This document shows, in pieces, positions 1-11,634 of a stretch of 64,000 nt of DNA (its first letter is position 1; every line of letters begins with the position of its first letter). Both the position numbers and the translations under genes were made by a program. The stretch spans positions 3,360,001-3,424,000 of the forward strand of contig CM000153.2 of the NCBI GenBank assembly GCA_000004695.1, in the 5' to 3' direction. Origin of the DNA: Dictyostelium discoideum. Its lineage: Eukaryota. Under the pieces are notes generated by a model. It was not told the origin of the DNA. It saw only the letters and a list, made by a program, of their open reading frames with translations, and ran no database searches.

Positions 1-93
1 AAACGTATCGAAGAATTAGTTGGTGTACCAATCGTTTACATTGGTGTTGGTGTTGAAAGAAAGAATTTAATTGAAAGAAAAGAATTAATTTAA
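1..93 (+). CDS. 3' end of an upstream gene, partial (C-terminal ...KRIEELVGVPIVYIGVGVERKNLIERKELI stop)
   Basis: Open frame 1 runs from the window edge to a TAA at about 91-93. No domain recognised. Confidence 0.3.
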   Translation, partial: KRIEELVGVPIVYIGVGVERKNLIERKELI

Positions 94-350
94 AAAAAAA
101 AAAATTAAAATAAATTTATTATATTTTAAAAATATATATATATATATTTCATTAAAAAAAAAAAAAAAAAAAAAACAAGTGTATCTTATTTTTTTTAGAT
201 TGCAAGTTCAAAACATTTTATTTTATTTTAATTTATTTTTTTTATTTTTTTTTTTTTAATCAAACACAAACCCACTTCGGGTGGCTTTTTTTTTTTTTTT
301 TTTTTTTTTTCAAAATAAAAATTCATTTTTCAAAAATCTTAGACTAAAAA

Positions 351-683
351 ATGGATAATAATAATAAAATTATAGAATATTTAAATCAAAATAATATTTC
401 ATTTGATTCATTAAAACAAATTATAAAAAATAATAAAGATATTGAAAAAGAAGAGATTAATTTTGTAAAATATAAAACTACAACAAATAATAAACATTAC
501 ACATTGAATGTTATTGCATATTTTAGTAATGGAAATGATATTATTAAAATTACAACATTTCATGATATTAAACATATGATTTATAATAAAAATGAAAATG
601 ATGAAAATGAATTAACAACTTCAATTATTATTCCTGGTATGTATTTTTTTTTATAAAAACACTTTTATTTTTGTTCTAATATC

Positions 684-737
<54 letters not shown>

Positions 738-1857
738 TTTAAAGAAATGTGAAAAGAAACAAATGTATTTAGATGAATCAAATACTGAAGTTATTAAAAA
801 AGGAGAAATTAATTCAAAATTAACTTTTAAAAATAAATCAATTCAATATTCAATTATATTTGAATTAGAGAATAATTCAAATATAATTCAACACAATGAT
901 AATAATAATATTATCTACAACACAAATATACCATTCAATAGAAATTCATTTATTGATTTAAATCCATTTAAAGGAATTCCAATTGATTATAATTGTTCAA
1001 TTGGTAATATTACTGAAAATAATTCAACAAATATATTAGTTCGTTTATCAACCAATAATAATAATAATAATAATAATGATATTACAAATAATACACCTGG
1101 TTTATTCCAAATTAGTTATCCAATTTCTCAAAATTTACACCAAGATTATTTAAATAATCAAAAACCAAAACAACAACAACAACAAAAACAACAATCACAA
1201 AATAATAAAGGTAAAAAACAAAATTCAAATCAAAATAAACAACAACAACAACAACAAAAACAAAAAGAACAAAAAATAGAAAATATAGAAGAAAATGAAA
1301 AAGAGAGTCAATTTGATAAATTTAATAATTTATATAGAATTGATAATACATATAAACAACAATTAAATGAATTAAATCAAAAAGTTCAAGATTTACAATA
1401 TAAATTAAAAACAACACAAATTCAAATATCAATAATGGAATCAAATTCAATTACAAATAAGAATATAATTGATCAAGAAATTTTAAATAAAATTAAATTA
1501 AATTTATTTTCTCAAGAACATTCAATCAAATTTGAAATCAATAGTTTTATTGATGATATTAAATTATTAGAACAACAAATTAAATTAATTAGTCATAATA
1601 TTATTAAATCCAATGAAAGCTCAAGTATCAATGGTAATGGTGGTGATAATAATAAAACACTTGTCACTGAAAATAAATCTAAAGATGATTTAATAAAATT
1701 TTGGAATGATTATGGTGAAATTTATTTAAAAATTAAAAATGAAATTTCTGATATTGGACTTTGCCAATATGATAATTTCATTTTAAAAATCAAAGAAATA
1801 TTCTCAAAAAATATGAAAAATTCGAATTTAGTCAAATTTTCTGCTTTTTGTGGTTAA
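351..1857 (+). CDS. Hypothetical Q/N-rich coiled-coil protein, two exons (351..636, 773..1857)
   Basis: ATG at 351. GTATGT donor after ...IIPG at 637. The acceptor TTTAG at 771-772 restores frame into the 763..1857 ORF. polyQ/polyN plus heptad-like region. Confidence 0.5.
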
Positions 1858-1908
1858 CTAAAAAAAAAAAAAGTGAATATATTTGTCCAAATTTGACACA
1901 AATATCTA

Positions 1909-1947
<39 letters not shown>

Positions 1948-2034
1948 AATTTGGAAAAAAAAAAATCTTTTTTCTCTCAACTTTCGTTCATTTCGTTTTT
2001 TTTTTTTTTTTTTTTTTAATTCAATTTAATTTAA

Positions 2035-2066
<32 letters not shown>

Positions 2067-2095
2067 AATTATTATTTTTTTTTTTTTTTAAAAAA

Positions 2096-4252
2096 ATGAT
2101 TAATTCACTACATATTTTTAAAAAAAGTTTTTTAAATTCAACAGCAATACAAACTTCAACAACTAGATTATTTAATTTAGAACAACAATATAAACAACAA
2201 TTACCAATTTATTCATATTTTTATAATAACTTTTTTACAAGAAAAGAATCTAAAAAAAAAAATGATCAACAATTTAAAAAAAAGAATCCAAATGATAGAA
2301 ATAAAAGTTTAAGAAATAAAAGAGCACCAGCACCAAAAGAACAAACAATGAAAAAACATCGTAGAATTGAACAAGAGACAAAAATAAGAGAGGATAGAGA
2401 AAATAAATATGAAATTCAAAAAAAGAAAAGATCTGATAAATTAAAGAAAACTAATGAAGTTAGTTTTAAACATCTTGATTATAAATTAAATGAAGATGGT
2501 AAAGAGTTTAATATAAATAGTTTAGATAAATTTTTATCTCCACAATCAAAATCAAAATTAAAATCATCATCAAAATCATCAACTTCAAAATCATCACCAA
2601 AATCATCACCAAAATCATCACCAAAATCATTGAATTTCTTGGAAAATTTAGTTGGAACTAAAAAATCAAAAAAAGAAATTGAACAAGAAGAAATTTTAAA
2701 AAAATATGAACAAATGATGGAATCAAAAGATAAACCAATTTATACAGATTTTAATAGAATTAAATTTAGAGTTTCAAAAGATATGGAAGGTATGAGAGTT
2801 GATAAATGGATTAGTACAAAATTACCAGTTTTACCACATTCTTTAATTTGTCGTTGGTTAAGAAACAAAGCAATTTTCATGGAAAATGGTGAAGAGAAAA
2901 AAGTTGGTGAAGAAAATTATAAAAATGAGAAAGTAGAGGAGGAGGAAGAGAATAATGAGGAGGAGGAAGAAGAGGATGATGAAGAAGAAGAAAAAGAAGA
3001 GGAGGAAGAGGAAGAAGAAGAGTATGAAGAAGAAAAGGAAAAAGAAAAAGATGAAGAGGAAGAAGAAGAGTATGAAGAAGAATATGAAGAAGAAGAATAT
3101 GAAGAAGAAGAATATGAAGAAGAAGAATATGAAGAGGGAGAATATGAAGAGGAAGAAAATAAAAATTTAGATTTATCAAAAACTACAACAACAACAAAAG
3201 AAAATAAAGTAAACCCTGTTCAACTTAAAAGACATAAATTAAAATTTAATGATAAAGTTCAAGTTGGTAGTTGGATTTATTTCCCAGCTCAAGTAATATT
3301 AGATCAACAGATTGCAGATATTAAAGATCCACAAAAATATGCAAGATTAAGTGATCAAGAAATTAAAGAAATCAGAGAAAGTGTTTTATATAAAGACGAA
3401 CATATTATAGTATTAAATAAACCACAAGGTTTATCAGTTCAAGGTGGTACAGGTTTAAATAAACATTTAGATATGATGTTGAGTCATTTACGTTTTGAAA
3501 AGGATGAAAATCCAAAATTAGTTCATCGTTTAGATAGGAATACTTCTGGTATCTTAATTTTAGGTAGATCAAAATTGGCTGCAAGTGCAATGACTAAAAA
3601 ATTTGAATTAAAATTAGTAAAAGAAAATAAAAAAGATAAAGATGATAATAATAATAATAAAAATAATAAAAATAATAATAAAAATGATAGTAAAAGATTA
3701 TTTAGAGAAAAAGAAGTTTTTAATAATAACAAAAATAAAGATGAAGAAAATGAAAATTATAGTAAAGGTATTAAAAAAACATATTGGGCATTATTAGGTT
3801 CAACACCAACACCAAAAGAAGGTAGAATTAGAGCACCATTGAAAAAGGTGGTTGTTGGTGGTTTTGAAAAGGTTGTACCAACTTTAACAACTGGTGATGG
3901 TGCAAAAATTGCAATCACTGAATACAAAGTATTGGAATCATCTTTAACTAAACATTGTTTTATTTCATTATGGCCTGAAACAGGTCGTACTCATCAATTA
4001 AGAGTACATTGTGCTTCAGTTTTAAATACTCCAATCATTGGTGACCCAAAATATGGTGATAAAGAATCTGATTCAAATTTAAAAGATCTTTTACCATATC
4101 CTTCAAAATTACATTTACATGCAAGAAGAATTGAATTCATTCATCCATTCACAAATAAGAAAATTGATATCTCTGCTCCATTACCAAGAGAATTGGTTCA
4201 AAATTGGAAAACAATGGGTTTTAATTATAAATTTGATGATAAATCAATTTAA
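2096..4252 (+). CDS. RluA-family pseudouridine synthase with S4-like RNA-binding domain and large acidic (E-rich) insert, likely an organellar rRNA pseudouridine synthase
   Basis: HRLDRNTSGILILGRS motif (catalytic Asp of the RluA/RluC/RluD family). S4-like segment MRVDKWISTKLPVLPHSLICRWLRNKAIF. C-terminal KYGD...LHLHARRIEF. Single exon from an ATG. Confidence 0.8.
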   Translation: MINSLHIFKKSFLNSTAIQTSTTRLFNLEQQYKQQLPIYSYFYNNFFTRKESKKKNDQQFKKKNPNDRNKSLRNKRAPAPKEQTMKKHRRIEQETKIREDRENKYEIQKKKRSDKLKKTNEVSFKHLDYKLNEDGKEFNINSLDKFLSPQSKSKLKSSSKSSTSKSSPKSSPKSSPKSLNFLENLVGTKKSKKEIEQEEILKKYEQMMESKDKPIYTDFNRIKFRVSKDMEGMRVDKWISTKLPVLPHSLICRWLRNKAIFMENGEEKKVGEENYKNEKVEEEEENNEEEEEEDDEEEEKEEEEEEEEEYEEEKEKEKDEEEEEEYEEEYEEEEYEEEEYEEEEYEEGEYEEEENKNLDLSKTTTTTKENKVNPVQLKRHKLKFNDKVQVGSWIYFPAQVILDQQIADIKDPQKYARLSDQEIKEIRESVLYKDEHIIVLNKPQGLSVQGGTGLNKHLDMMLSHLRFEKDENPKLVHRLDRNTSGILILGRSKLAASAMTKKFELKLVKENKKDKDDNNNNKNNKNNNKNDSKRLFREKEVFNNNKNKDEENENYSKGIKKTYWALLGSTPTPKEGRIRAPLKKVVVGGFEKVVPTLTTGDGAKIAITEYKVLESSLTKHCFISLWPETGRTHQLRVHCASVLNTPIIGDPKYGDKESDSNLKDLLPYPSKLHLHARRIEFIHPFTNKKIDISAPLPRELVQNWKTMGFNYKFDDKSI

Positions 4253-4610
4253 TAAATGAATAATTTTTTGTTAAAATTTTTTTTTTTTTTTAATCAAATA
4301 AATATTTTATTTATTTTATTTACTCATTTTTTTTTTTTTTTAATCAAATAAATATTTTTTAAAATAAATAATAGTTTTTCTTTTTATTTTATTTTTTTTA
4401 ATTTAAATAACAACTTGTTATTAATTAAAAAAGTTGGGAAGAGAAGAGGAAGAAGGAGAGGAGGAAGGATATTTTTTATAAAAAAAAAAAATTAAAAAAA
4501 AAAGAAATTTGAAGAAAACTAGTTTATTATCTTAATTATTATAATTTATCTCTACCTTTTTTTTTTTTTTTTTCCCTAATTTCCAAAAATTTAATTATTG
4601 TAGGTTAATT

Positions 4611-5173
4611 TTAATGACACATATCTTCAATGATTGCTACAGATTTTGAAAATCTTTTTTGACCAAATAAATAAAAACCAACACCAATACCTAAAACACA
4701 TGAAATACAAATTCCACCATTAAATGACATAAAAATTAACATTATTGTATAATTTACAATGAATGCAATCATATGTACAATAGTTTTCCATAAATGACTA
4801 ATTAAAAATTTATTATATAAATCTTTTAAACTACTATTTTTTTTACCACTATTATGATTATTTATTAATAATGATCTTTCTTGTTCTGAACCTAAATTTA
4901 AATTAATAATAAATAAAAAAAATAAAATAATTTATTATTAAATTTTTATTATTATTATTTTTTTTTTTTTTTTCACCCCAAATTAATTAATTAATTAATC
5001 AATCAATAATTACTATTTGTACTATTTAAGCCATGACGATAGGTGGACCAAAATTCACTGAATAAACAAATCGAAAAACAAATTAATAATGTTAAAGCAT
5101 AGGCTCCTGGACTATTAAATACCCATGTGGAGAATAATAGAGGAGAGTTTTCATATGTCCAATGAAAAAGCAT
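4611..5173 (-). CDS. Small predicted membrane protein, 2 exons (5173..5014, 4891..4611)
   Basis: ATG at 5173 with an upstream in-frame stop. GTAATT donor at 5013. The acceptor TTTAG at 4893-4892 keeps phase. Hydrophobic helices LTLLICFSICLF and GICISCVLGIGVGFYLF. No family recognised. Confidence 0.35.
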
Positions 5174-5595
5174 TTTATAATTTAATAATTTATGATGGTG
5201 TTATCAATATATTGATATCAGTTACGACCCAAAACGAAAAATAAATTGTTTTTTTTTTAAATTTTTTCTTTTCTTTTTTTTTTTTTTTTTTTTTTTCAGA
5301 TATTTTTTTTTGGGATTTTAGAAAAAGCAAAATAAAAATAAAAAAAAAAATTAAAATAAAATTTAAATAAAAAATCTAAATTATCTAACCAGGGTGTTAT
5401 TTATTTTCAAGTCCGAAAAATTCTACTTTTTTAAAAAAAATAAAATAAAGAATAAATAAAAAAAGATAAAATTTTTTTTTTTTTTTTTTTTATGTTTAAG
5501 TTATCAAGTGCATCGATGGATGCATTGTGTGGGTGTTTTGGAAGTTTTAATTTTTAAGTTAATGTCTGGATTATTGGTTTCAATAAAAAATTGAT

Positions 5596-5665
5596 TTTCA
5601 CCAAACAGGCTTTGACACAATGGTTGACTGTGGTTTTGATAGTGATCAATCCGATGTTACTTCAG
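5596..5665 (+). pseudogene. Degenerate copy of tRNA-Tyr plus about 40 bp of its 5' flank
   Basis: Alignable to the intact tRNA at 6227 (caggctttgacacaatggt...tgactgtggttttgatagtgatcaatccgatgtt). The D-arm is deleted, so it cannot fold. Confidence 0.5.
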
Positions 5666-5685
5666 AAATCGATTTTTTTTTTTTT

Positions 5686-5760
5686 AAATTGTATAACACA
5701 ATTAATGGTGCTTCTCCTTGAGATGCTAGAACTCATTTTATTTGTAATATTTTTTACAGG
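5686..5760 (+). repeat. Direct repeat copy A (about 75 bp, partner at 6112..6190)
   Basis: Shared core gcttctccttgagatgctaga(a/t)ctcattttatttgta, about 85% identical. Confidence 0.7.
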
Positions 5761-5902
5761 GTCTAAAAGAGGGTCAGTTTATTTTTTTATTTTTTTATTT
5801 ATTTTTTTTTTTTTTATTTTTTTATTGAAATTTTTTTTTTTTTTTTTATTTTGAAAATTTTCAAAAAAAAAAGAAAAAAATAATCAGACAGATAAAAACA
5901 AT

Positions 5903-6067
5903 CAACAACCTCTTTTTTTGATTATTTCATTTTTCATATAAAAAGACTTAAAAACAAACAAATAAATAAAGTATACTTATTTTAAAAAGCCATTTTTTGC
6001 TATTTATTTATTTGTTATTAAGTCTTTTTATATGAAAAATGAAATAATCAAAAAAAGAGGTTGTTGG
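5903..6067. repeat. Large near-perfect palindrome (arms about 48 nt perfect, about 70 nt imperfect; about 65 nt spacer)
   Basis: caacaacctctttttttgattatttcatttttcatataaaaagacttaa at 5903-5950 is the exact reverse complement of 6018-6067. Confidence 0.85.
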
Positions 6068-6111
6068 TTATTTTAATCTCAAAAAGAAATCGAAGGTTTT
6101 TTTTTTTTTTT

Positions 6112-6190
6112 TTTGAATTGGATAACGCAATTATTAGTTGCTTCTCCTTGAGATGCTAGATCTCATTTTATTTGTACTTTTTATAAATCG
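6112..6190 (+). repeat. Direct repeat copy A' (partner of 5686..5760)
   Basis: See copy A. Lies about 35 bp upstream of the tRNA-Tyr. Confidence 0.7.
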
Positions 6191-6226
6191 AAGGTTAACT
6201 GATAAAAAAAATAAAATTTCATCAAA

Positions 6227-6309
6227 CCGGCTTTGGCGCAATGGTAGCGCGATTGACTGTAGTAAATTAAGTGATCAATCGGTTGCTAGTTCGAATCTGG
6301 CAAGCCGGA
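6227..6309 (+). tRNA. tRNA-Tyr (anticodon GUA) with an 11-nt intron (about 6263..6273)
   Basis: Acceptor stem ccggctt/aagccgg. D arm gcgc-aatggta-gcgc. Anticodon stem attga/tcaat with loop ct-GTA-g plus intron. T arm gctag-TTCGAAT-ctggc. Discriminator A followed by a T5 Pol III terminator. Eukaryotic tRNA-Tyr genes characteristically carry an intron. Confidence 0.85.
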
Positions 6310-6346
6310 CTTTTTCCAACCACCAATTATAAGACGCATGTTCGAC

Positions 6347-6357
6347 TCCGTATTTAA
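6347..6357 (+). promoter_or_regulatory. External B-box-like element (TGTTCGACTCC) about 40 bp downstream of the tRNA
   Basis: Matches the B-box consensus GGTTCGANTCC. Dictyostelium tRNA genes often carry such ex-B boxes. Confidence 0.45.
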
Positions 6358-6363
6358 TCAATT

Positions 6364-7468
6364 ATTAAAGCTCATCAATAATAATTGATTAAATAATTAT
6401 TAAAGCTCATCAATAATAACATAACACAGGCAAAGGGATAACAAGAAAAATGCCAGAATTATTAAACACAATAAGATCATCCTTAGTACTATGGAAAACC
6501 ACTGACTCAACAATCAAAACCAAAACCAACATCCTCAAAGCATTCGCACTCTCTAAATTAACCTACTATTCATATGTAGAGAACTTTAAGGAAGAGGAAT
6601 TAAACCAAATCAATAAATTAGTCGAATGGTTTTTATCGGCACCAAACAACAAAAATGCTAGTGGATTTCAAGTTATTAATTTAATGAGAACCAAAAGAGC
6701 AAGATACCCACTAAAAGTAGGGGGCTGGAACATTTGGAATATAGAATTGAGACAACTGGCGCAGAAACTTTGGATCATAAACCAGTTCATCCTAGCACTA
6801 GAAACCAAACAAACAAACTCATCTCATCACAAAAGCTGGGAATATCAGATCCAAAAAAACAAATTCACATCCAGATACCTAAAAGAAAACTTAGACGAAT
6901 GGAACAAAATAAGAATAAAAAAAGCAATCTTCAACAATAATCTCACATCCATAAAAAACGAAAATGGACAACCACTTTCACTGGCAGAATGGTATACCAC
7001 AATTCAAGACCAAAATCCAACCATCCCTAAAACGGAATTCCAATCATCTCTAAACTTAATTCATTGTACCACTGTGCAATCAAATATACAGTGAAGATCC
7101 TTTAACAAATGAATCACTATCATACAGCTCCCTTCTAAAGAAATGGCACAAATTGGCCACTCTAGAATACATCAAAAAAGCAAAAGATCTGAAAAACTTA
7201 TCAGCAAAAGACCATAATAATTTCAAAGATCCTAAGATCCTTCTCACCTCAACGATCAAGCTAAGAAAAACAACAGCTAATTACTATTGTATTCCAGAAT
7301 CATCTCTCCCAAATATTATATCTTTTGATCAATTCATATGATTAAAATAACCCTTCAGCTTAAATGATAAGCCTATAAATAAATATTAAATAAAAACTCG
7401 TATTAACACAGATGGACATATATCAATCTTGTTAATCCAATATTAAAAAAAAAAAAAAAAAAAAAAAA
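6364..7468 (+). mobile_element. 5'-truncated non-LTR (TRE3-like, tRNA-gene-targeted) retrotransposon 3' fragment with poly(A) tail
   Basis: Region is GC-richer than its surroundings. A 214-aa ORF (6450..7094) has no cellular homolog pattern. Terminal A26 run at 7443-7468. Sits 55-1150 bp downstream of a tRNA in the same orientation, the known TRE3 integration site. Confidence 0.55.
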
Positions 7469-7615
7469 ACTTTTTAAAATCCATATATAAACCTTTCGGC
7501 TAAATAAAAAAAGAATCAGTGAGTGTTATGGAAAAGAATAAGAAAAAATATGAAAAAAATATGAAAAAACTCAAAAAAAAAATTTTTTTTTTTTTTTTTT
7601 CAATTTTTTAATTTA

Positions 7616-10093
7616 ATGATGAATTCTGATCAAAAGTTAGATATAAATATATTATTTTGGAAGGTAATAAAAAATAAAGTTTTGTTCAAAAAAATATTGA
7701 AATATTTATCCTATGAATATAATGATGATGATATATCAAAACCATTATTTTCAGTACAGTGGTTAATAAATAATGGATACAGGAAAACTTTAAAACATAA
7801 AATAATGAATGATCATTACTTAGAATTTGATAAAAATTACTCTTCAAATGCCTTTGAAAATTACTCGTCAAATGTCTTTGAAAATTTTTTTTTATTCTTT
7901 AAAGATGAAACAGATGAAGAATTTTATAAAAATTTATTTTCAAGAAATTATTTTAAATCAATATTTCAATCTAAAAATATAACCAATATTAATAATAATA
8001 ATAATAATAAAAATTTTAATAATTTTTTTGAATCAATAATTAAAACAATTTTTGAAACGAATAATTTTATTGCAATAAAAGTATTAAATGAAGAATATTA
8101 TTATTTAACTTGTAAAGTAAAGTTTGGAATTTTAGATAATTATGAAATTTTAAATTGGTTATTGAAAACCTATGGAAAAACATATATTTTAGAGTATATA
8201 AAAAACAATATTAATAATGATATTGAAGAACCTTTACAAGTTTTTATAAATTCAATCTCTTCAAATATATATTTAGCAAACCCAAAATCATCAGAGAGTT
8301 TAGAATCAATAATTGATTTATTTAAATTATTAACAGAGGATTTGAACATTGAAATACCAAATTGCAGTAAGCAAAGGATTCTTTCAATTATTTTACAAAT
8401 TTGTCCAATCAATAATAATTATGCCATTAGACTTATTTTAAAATTATTTAAATTTATTAGAATGTTTCGTGATTCCAAACCATTTAATAAACAACTTTCA
8501 ATTATTGAATCAATTGAATTTTCAAAAGAACAGTTGGATATGAGACTTTTGGATTTTATACATAATGATCAAAAGCAAAAGCAAATGTTTAAAACATTAA
8601 TTAAAAGTTACTATGAAAATGTTTTTTCAAATGGATTTAGTTTTTTATATTATTACATTTATGAAAGTATTGAATTATTTAAATCAAGTCAAATTATAAA
8701 TAATAATCATTCAATAAATCCGAAATATTATACATTCACTTCATTCGAGTATGGAGATATTGAATTATTTAAATTCACTTTTAATTCTCTTTCAATTGAT
8801 GATCGTAATTATTTAATGAATGGTACACAACAATTACTTCTTAATGGTAAAATAATATTTTTTAAATATTCCAATGATAAATCAATGAATGAAAAAATGA
8901 AATTTATTAATCAAGTAACTATGGAAATTAATAATTCAAAAAGCAAACGTAGTTTTTTAGAAAAAACTGATAAAATTGAATTTTTAATTTATTTATTTAC
9001 ATATTTAATAAAAATAAATGAAATTGAATTATTAAATGTAATTATTAAAGATTGTAATTTCAATCCATACTCAAAATCATTTAAAGTATCCAAATCAGAT
9101 TATTTATACATTTGTAGATATATTAAATCAATATCAATGTTAGATTTTATTTATTTCAATTTTAAAGATATGGATAATTTAATTTGGGATTGTAAATCTT
9201 GGTGTAATGATAATAGATTCGATTTGATTGAACATTATTTAAATTTAAATTCAAAACATGTTTCTGGAGTCACCATGGTCAATTATGATATAAAAAATGA
9301 AACCAACCTTAAATTAAATAATAAATTAAATTCAATTTCAATAGAAATTAAAAACACAAATGATAATATTGGGTCAATGAAATATTTTATTGGAAAATAT
9401 AAAAATCAAAATTATAAATTATTATCATCACTACCAAAATTTAAAATTTATTTTCATTTTGATAAAAATGTTAATAGTACTATTTTTGATAATATAAATA
9501 ATTATAAATTTATAATTGAAAACAGTTTAAACTACAATTGTCGTCAATCATCTAAAAATGAAAATCAAGAAGCAAAAGAAGAAGAGGAAGAATTCTTAGA
9601 TCATGATCTATTTGATGATAATAGTGTTGATAATGATAATTTAGTTACAAACTATTGTTTTAAATGGAGTGGATTTATTCCATACCAATATGTTGAATTT
9701 ATAAAATGGATTTTAGAAAGTCGTCAAAATGATTTGAAATCAGGTCGTTTAATTATTTCAAGTCATCAATTAATTTCATTTAAATATTTAATTTATTTAC
9801 AAAGTAATGGTATTAAATATTTAAATGAAATTGATTCATTCATTTCTTCAACAACATCAAGTTCAGTAGAAAATTATTTATTTTTTTGTGCTTTTAATCA
9901 TTGTGATTTAAAAACAATAGATAAAATTATTAATAATTTAAAAAATTCAAATTTAGATATTCTCTCTTCATTATTTAATTACTCAACAATGTGTGGTCAA
10001 ATTAAAGTACTTAAACATTTATATAAAAATCATAAATTTCTTTTTGAAACATTTTCTTCAAAAAATTTCTTAAAACAATATAATTTGGAATAA
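7616..10093 (+). CDS. Hypothetical Asn-rich protein (825 aa), single exon
   Basis: Long uninterrupted ORF from an ATG. AT-biased codon usage typical of Dictyostelium coding sequence. No recognisable domain. Confidence 0.55.
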   Translation: MMNSDQKLDINILFWKVIKNKVLFKKILKYLSYEYNDDDISKPLFSVQWLINNGYRKTLKHKIMNDHYLEFDKNYSSNAFENYSSNVFENFFLFFKDETDEEFYKNLFSRNYFKSIFQSKNITNINNNNNNKNFNNFFESIIKTIFETNNFIAIKVLNEEYYYLTCKVKFGILDNYEILNWLLKTYGKTYILEYIKNNINNDIEEPLQVFINSISSNIYLANPKSSESLESIIDLFKLLTEDLNIEIPNCSKQRILSIILQICPINNNYAIRLILKLFKFIRMFRDSKPFNKQLSIIESIEFSKEQLDMRLLDFIHNDQKQKQMFKTLIKSYYENVFSNGFSFLYYYIYESIELFKSSQIINNNHSINPKYYTFTSFEYGDIELFKFTFNSLSIDDRNYLMNGTQQLLLNGKIIFFKYSNDKSMNEKMKFINQVTMEINNSKSKRSFLEKTDKIEFLIYLFTYLIKINEIELLNVIIKDCNFNPYSKSFKVSKSDYLYICRYIKSISMLDFIYFNFKDMDNLIWDCKSWCNDNRFDLIEHYLNLNSKHVSGVTMVNYDIKNETNLKLNNKLNSISIEIKNTNDNIGSMKYFIGKYKNQNYKLLSSLPKFKIYFHFDKNVNSTIFDNINNYKFIIENSLNYNCRQSSKNENQEAKEEEEEFLDHDLFDDNSVDNDNLVTNYCFKWSGFIPYQYVEFIKWILESRQNDLKSGRLIISSHQLISFKYLIYLQSNGIKYLNEIDSFISSTTSSSVENYLFFCAFNHCDLKTIDKIINNLKNSNLDILSSLFNYSTMCGQIKVLKHLYKNHKFLFETFSSKNFLKQYNLE

Positions 10094-10230
10094 CTAGAAT
10101 TTTACAAAATCAAACATTTAAATTTATAACCCATTTTTAATTTTTAATTAATAACTCAAAAACACACACATATACACACACATATACTCGCACTCCATTA
10201 ATTTTATATTAATAACTTTTTAAATCCACA

Positions 10231-10279
<49 letters not shown>

Positions 10280-10789
10280 AAATTTGTAACATACACCTTC
10301 ATGAGATATTTTCCAATAATCATTTTTTATAATATACAATGGGGTATTATCTAATAAAGAATTTGTAAAAAAAAAAAAAAAAATTAAATTTAATTTTAAT
10401 TTAGGGGTTAAAATTAAAAGAATTAAAAAAAAATTAAAGAATAAAAAAAATCTAGATATTTGTATTAGTTTTATTGTTATGGCCCATTATAATTTGAATT
10501 AACAATTTTTATATATATTTATAAGGGAACTATTACCATTTCATTCAAAATTTTTTGATTTCAAAAAATATCTAATATATTAATTGAAATCATAAACATT
10601 TTTCAAAGATTTATATTATTTTCGTAAAAGAATAATAAAAAAAGGTTACAAATTCGAAAATAATGAATAATTTTAATTGGTTAAAAAAAAACTATAAATA
10701 GTTTTTTTTTTATTCAAATCATTCAAATCATTCAAATCAATCAAATATTTTAAATTATTTAATATTCTAAAAAAAAAAAAAAAAAGAAA

Positions 10790-11040
10790 ATGTCAATCTT
10801 TGGTAAATATTAAAAATTAAAAAAAAAAATTTTTAGTAATATTAATCTTACTATTTCATTTTTATTTCCTTAAAATTAGCCTCAATTGTTTCAATCTCAA
10901 AAGTTAACAACAAAAAGAATTCAACAGCAGTTGGTTCATCAGAAAATAAAATTCAATACTCAACAAGTCAAGTTTCTGGTGGTCTTGTAAGTGATTTACT
11001 CTGCGATATTGCTGTTACTTTGGATAAAGCTGGCCTCTAA
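10790..11040 (+). CDS. HssA/2C/7E-like small protein (about 57 aa), exons 10790..10802 and 10880..11040
   Basis: 13-nt first exon ATGTCAATCTTTG with GTAAAT donor. TTAG acceptor. Product MSIFASIVSISKV...VSGGLVSDLLCDIAVTLDKAGL. Paralog at 11635. Confidence 0.5.
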
Positions 11041-11634
11041 ATTTGATTATATTAATCATAAACTCAAAACTTAAATAACATTACCAGTAACATTATTAAA
11101 TAAAATTACAATTTTAATTTAAAAAAAATTTGTTTCATTATATTTTTAATCTTTATTTTCTTTTATTATCAAATTAACATTTTTTTCAAAAAAAAATTTT
11201 ATTGGACGAGTTATCTGTTTTTTATTTATTTTTTTTTTTATTTGGTTTAAATTTTTTTTTTTTTTTTTATTATTTTGTAAAAAGAAAAAAAAAAGTAAAA
11301 TCTCTATGTCTTTTTATTTTTGAAATGTTATAAATTAATTTGTTTGTAAAATTGTTATTGGGTGATTTTTTTAATTAAAATAAATGTAAAAAAATTAAAA
11401 TCTATTGATTTTTATCTTCAAGATTTAATAAACATACAATAAATAACAAATCAATATAAATTACCAACATTTATTTGATTTCCAACTTTTTTACAAGCCT
11501 AATTTATTACATTGATTGACTAAGAAAAAAAAAAAAAAAGTGTATAAATATTGAAATAAATTAATTTCAAAATTCATTAAATTAAAAAAGAACAATAACC
11601 TTTAATTCTATAAAAAAAAAAAAAAACTAAAAAA

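Noticed and set aside
2877-3179. ORFs 2877..3179(-) and 2955..3170(+) (poly-L/H and poly-K/R peptides)
   Set aside because: Alternate-frame and antisense readings of the GAA/GAG-rich acidic insert of the pseudouridine synthase gene. Low-complexity artefacts.
6734-6940. ORF 6734..6940(+) overlapping the retroelement ORF
   Set aside because: Alternative frame inside the GC-richer TRE-like fragment. No independent support.
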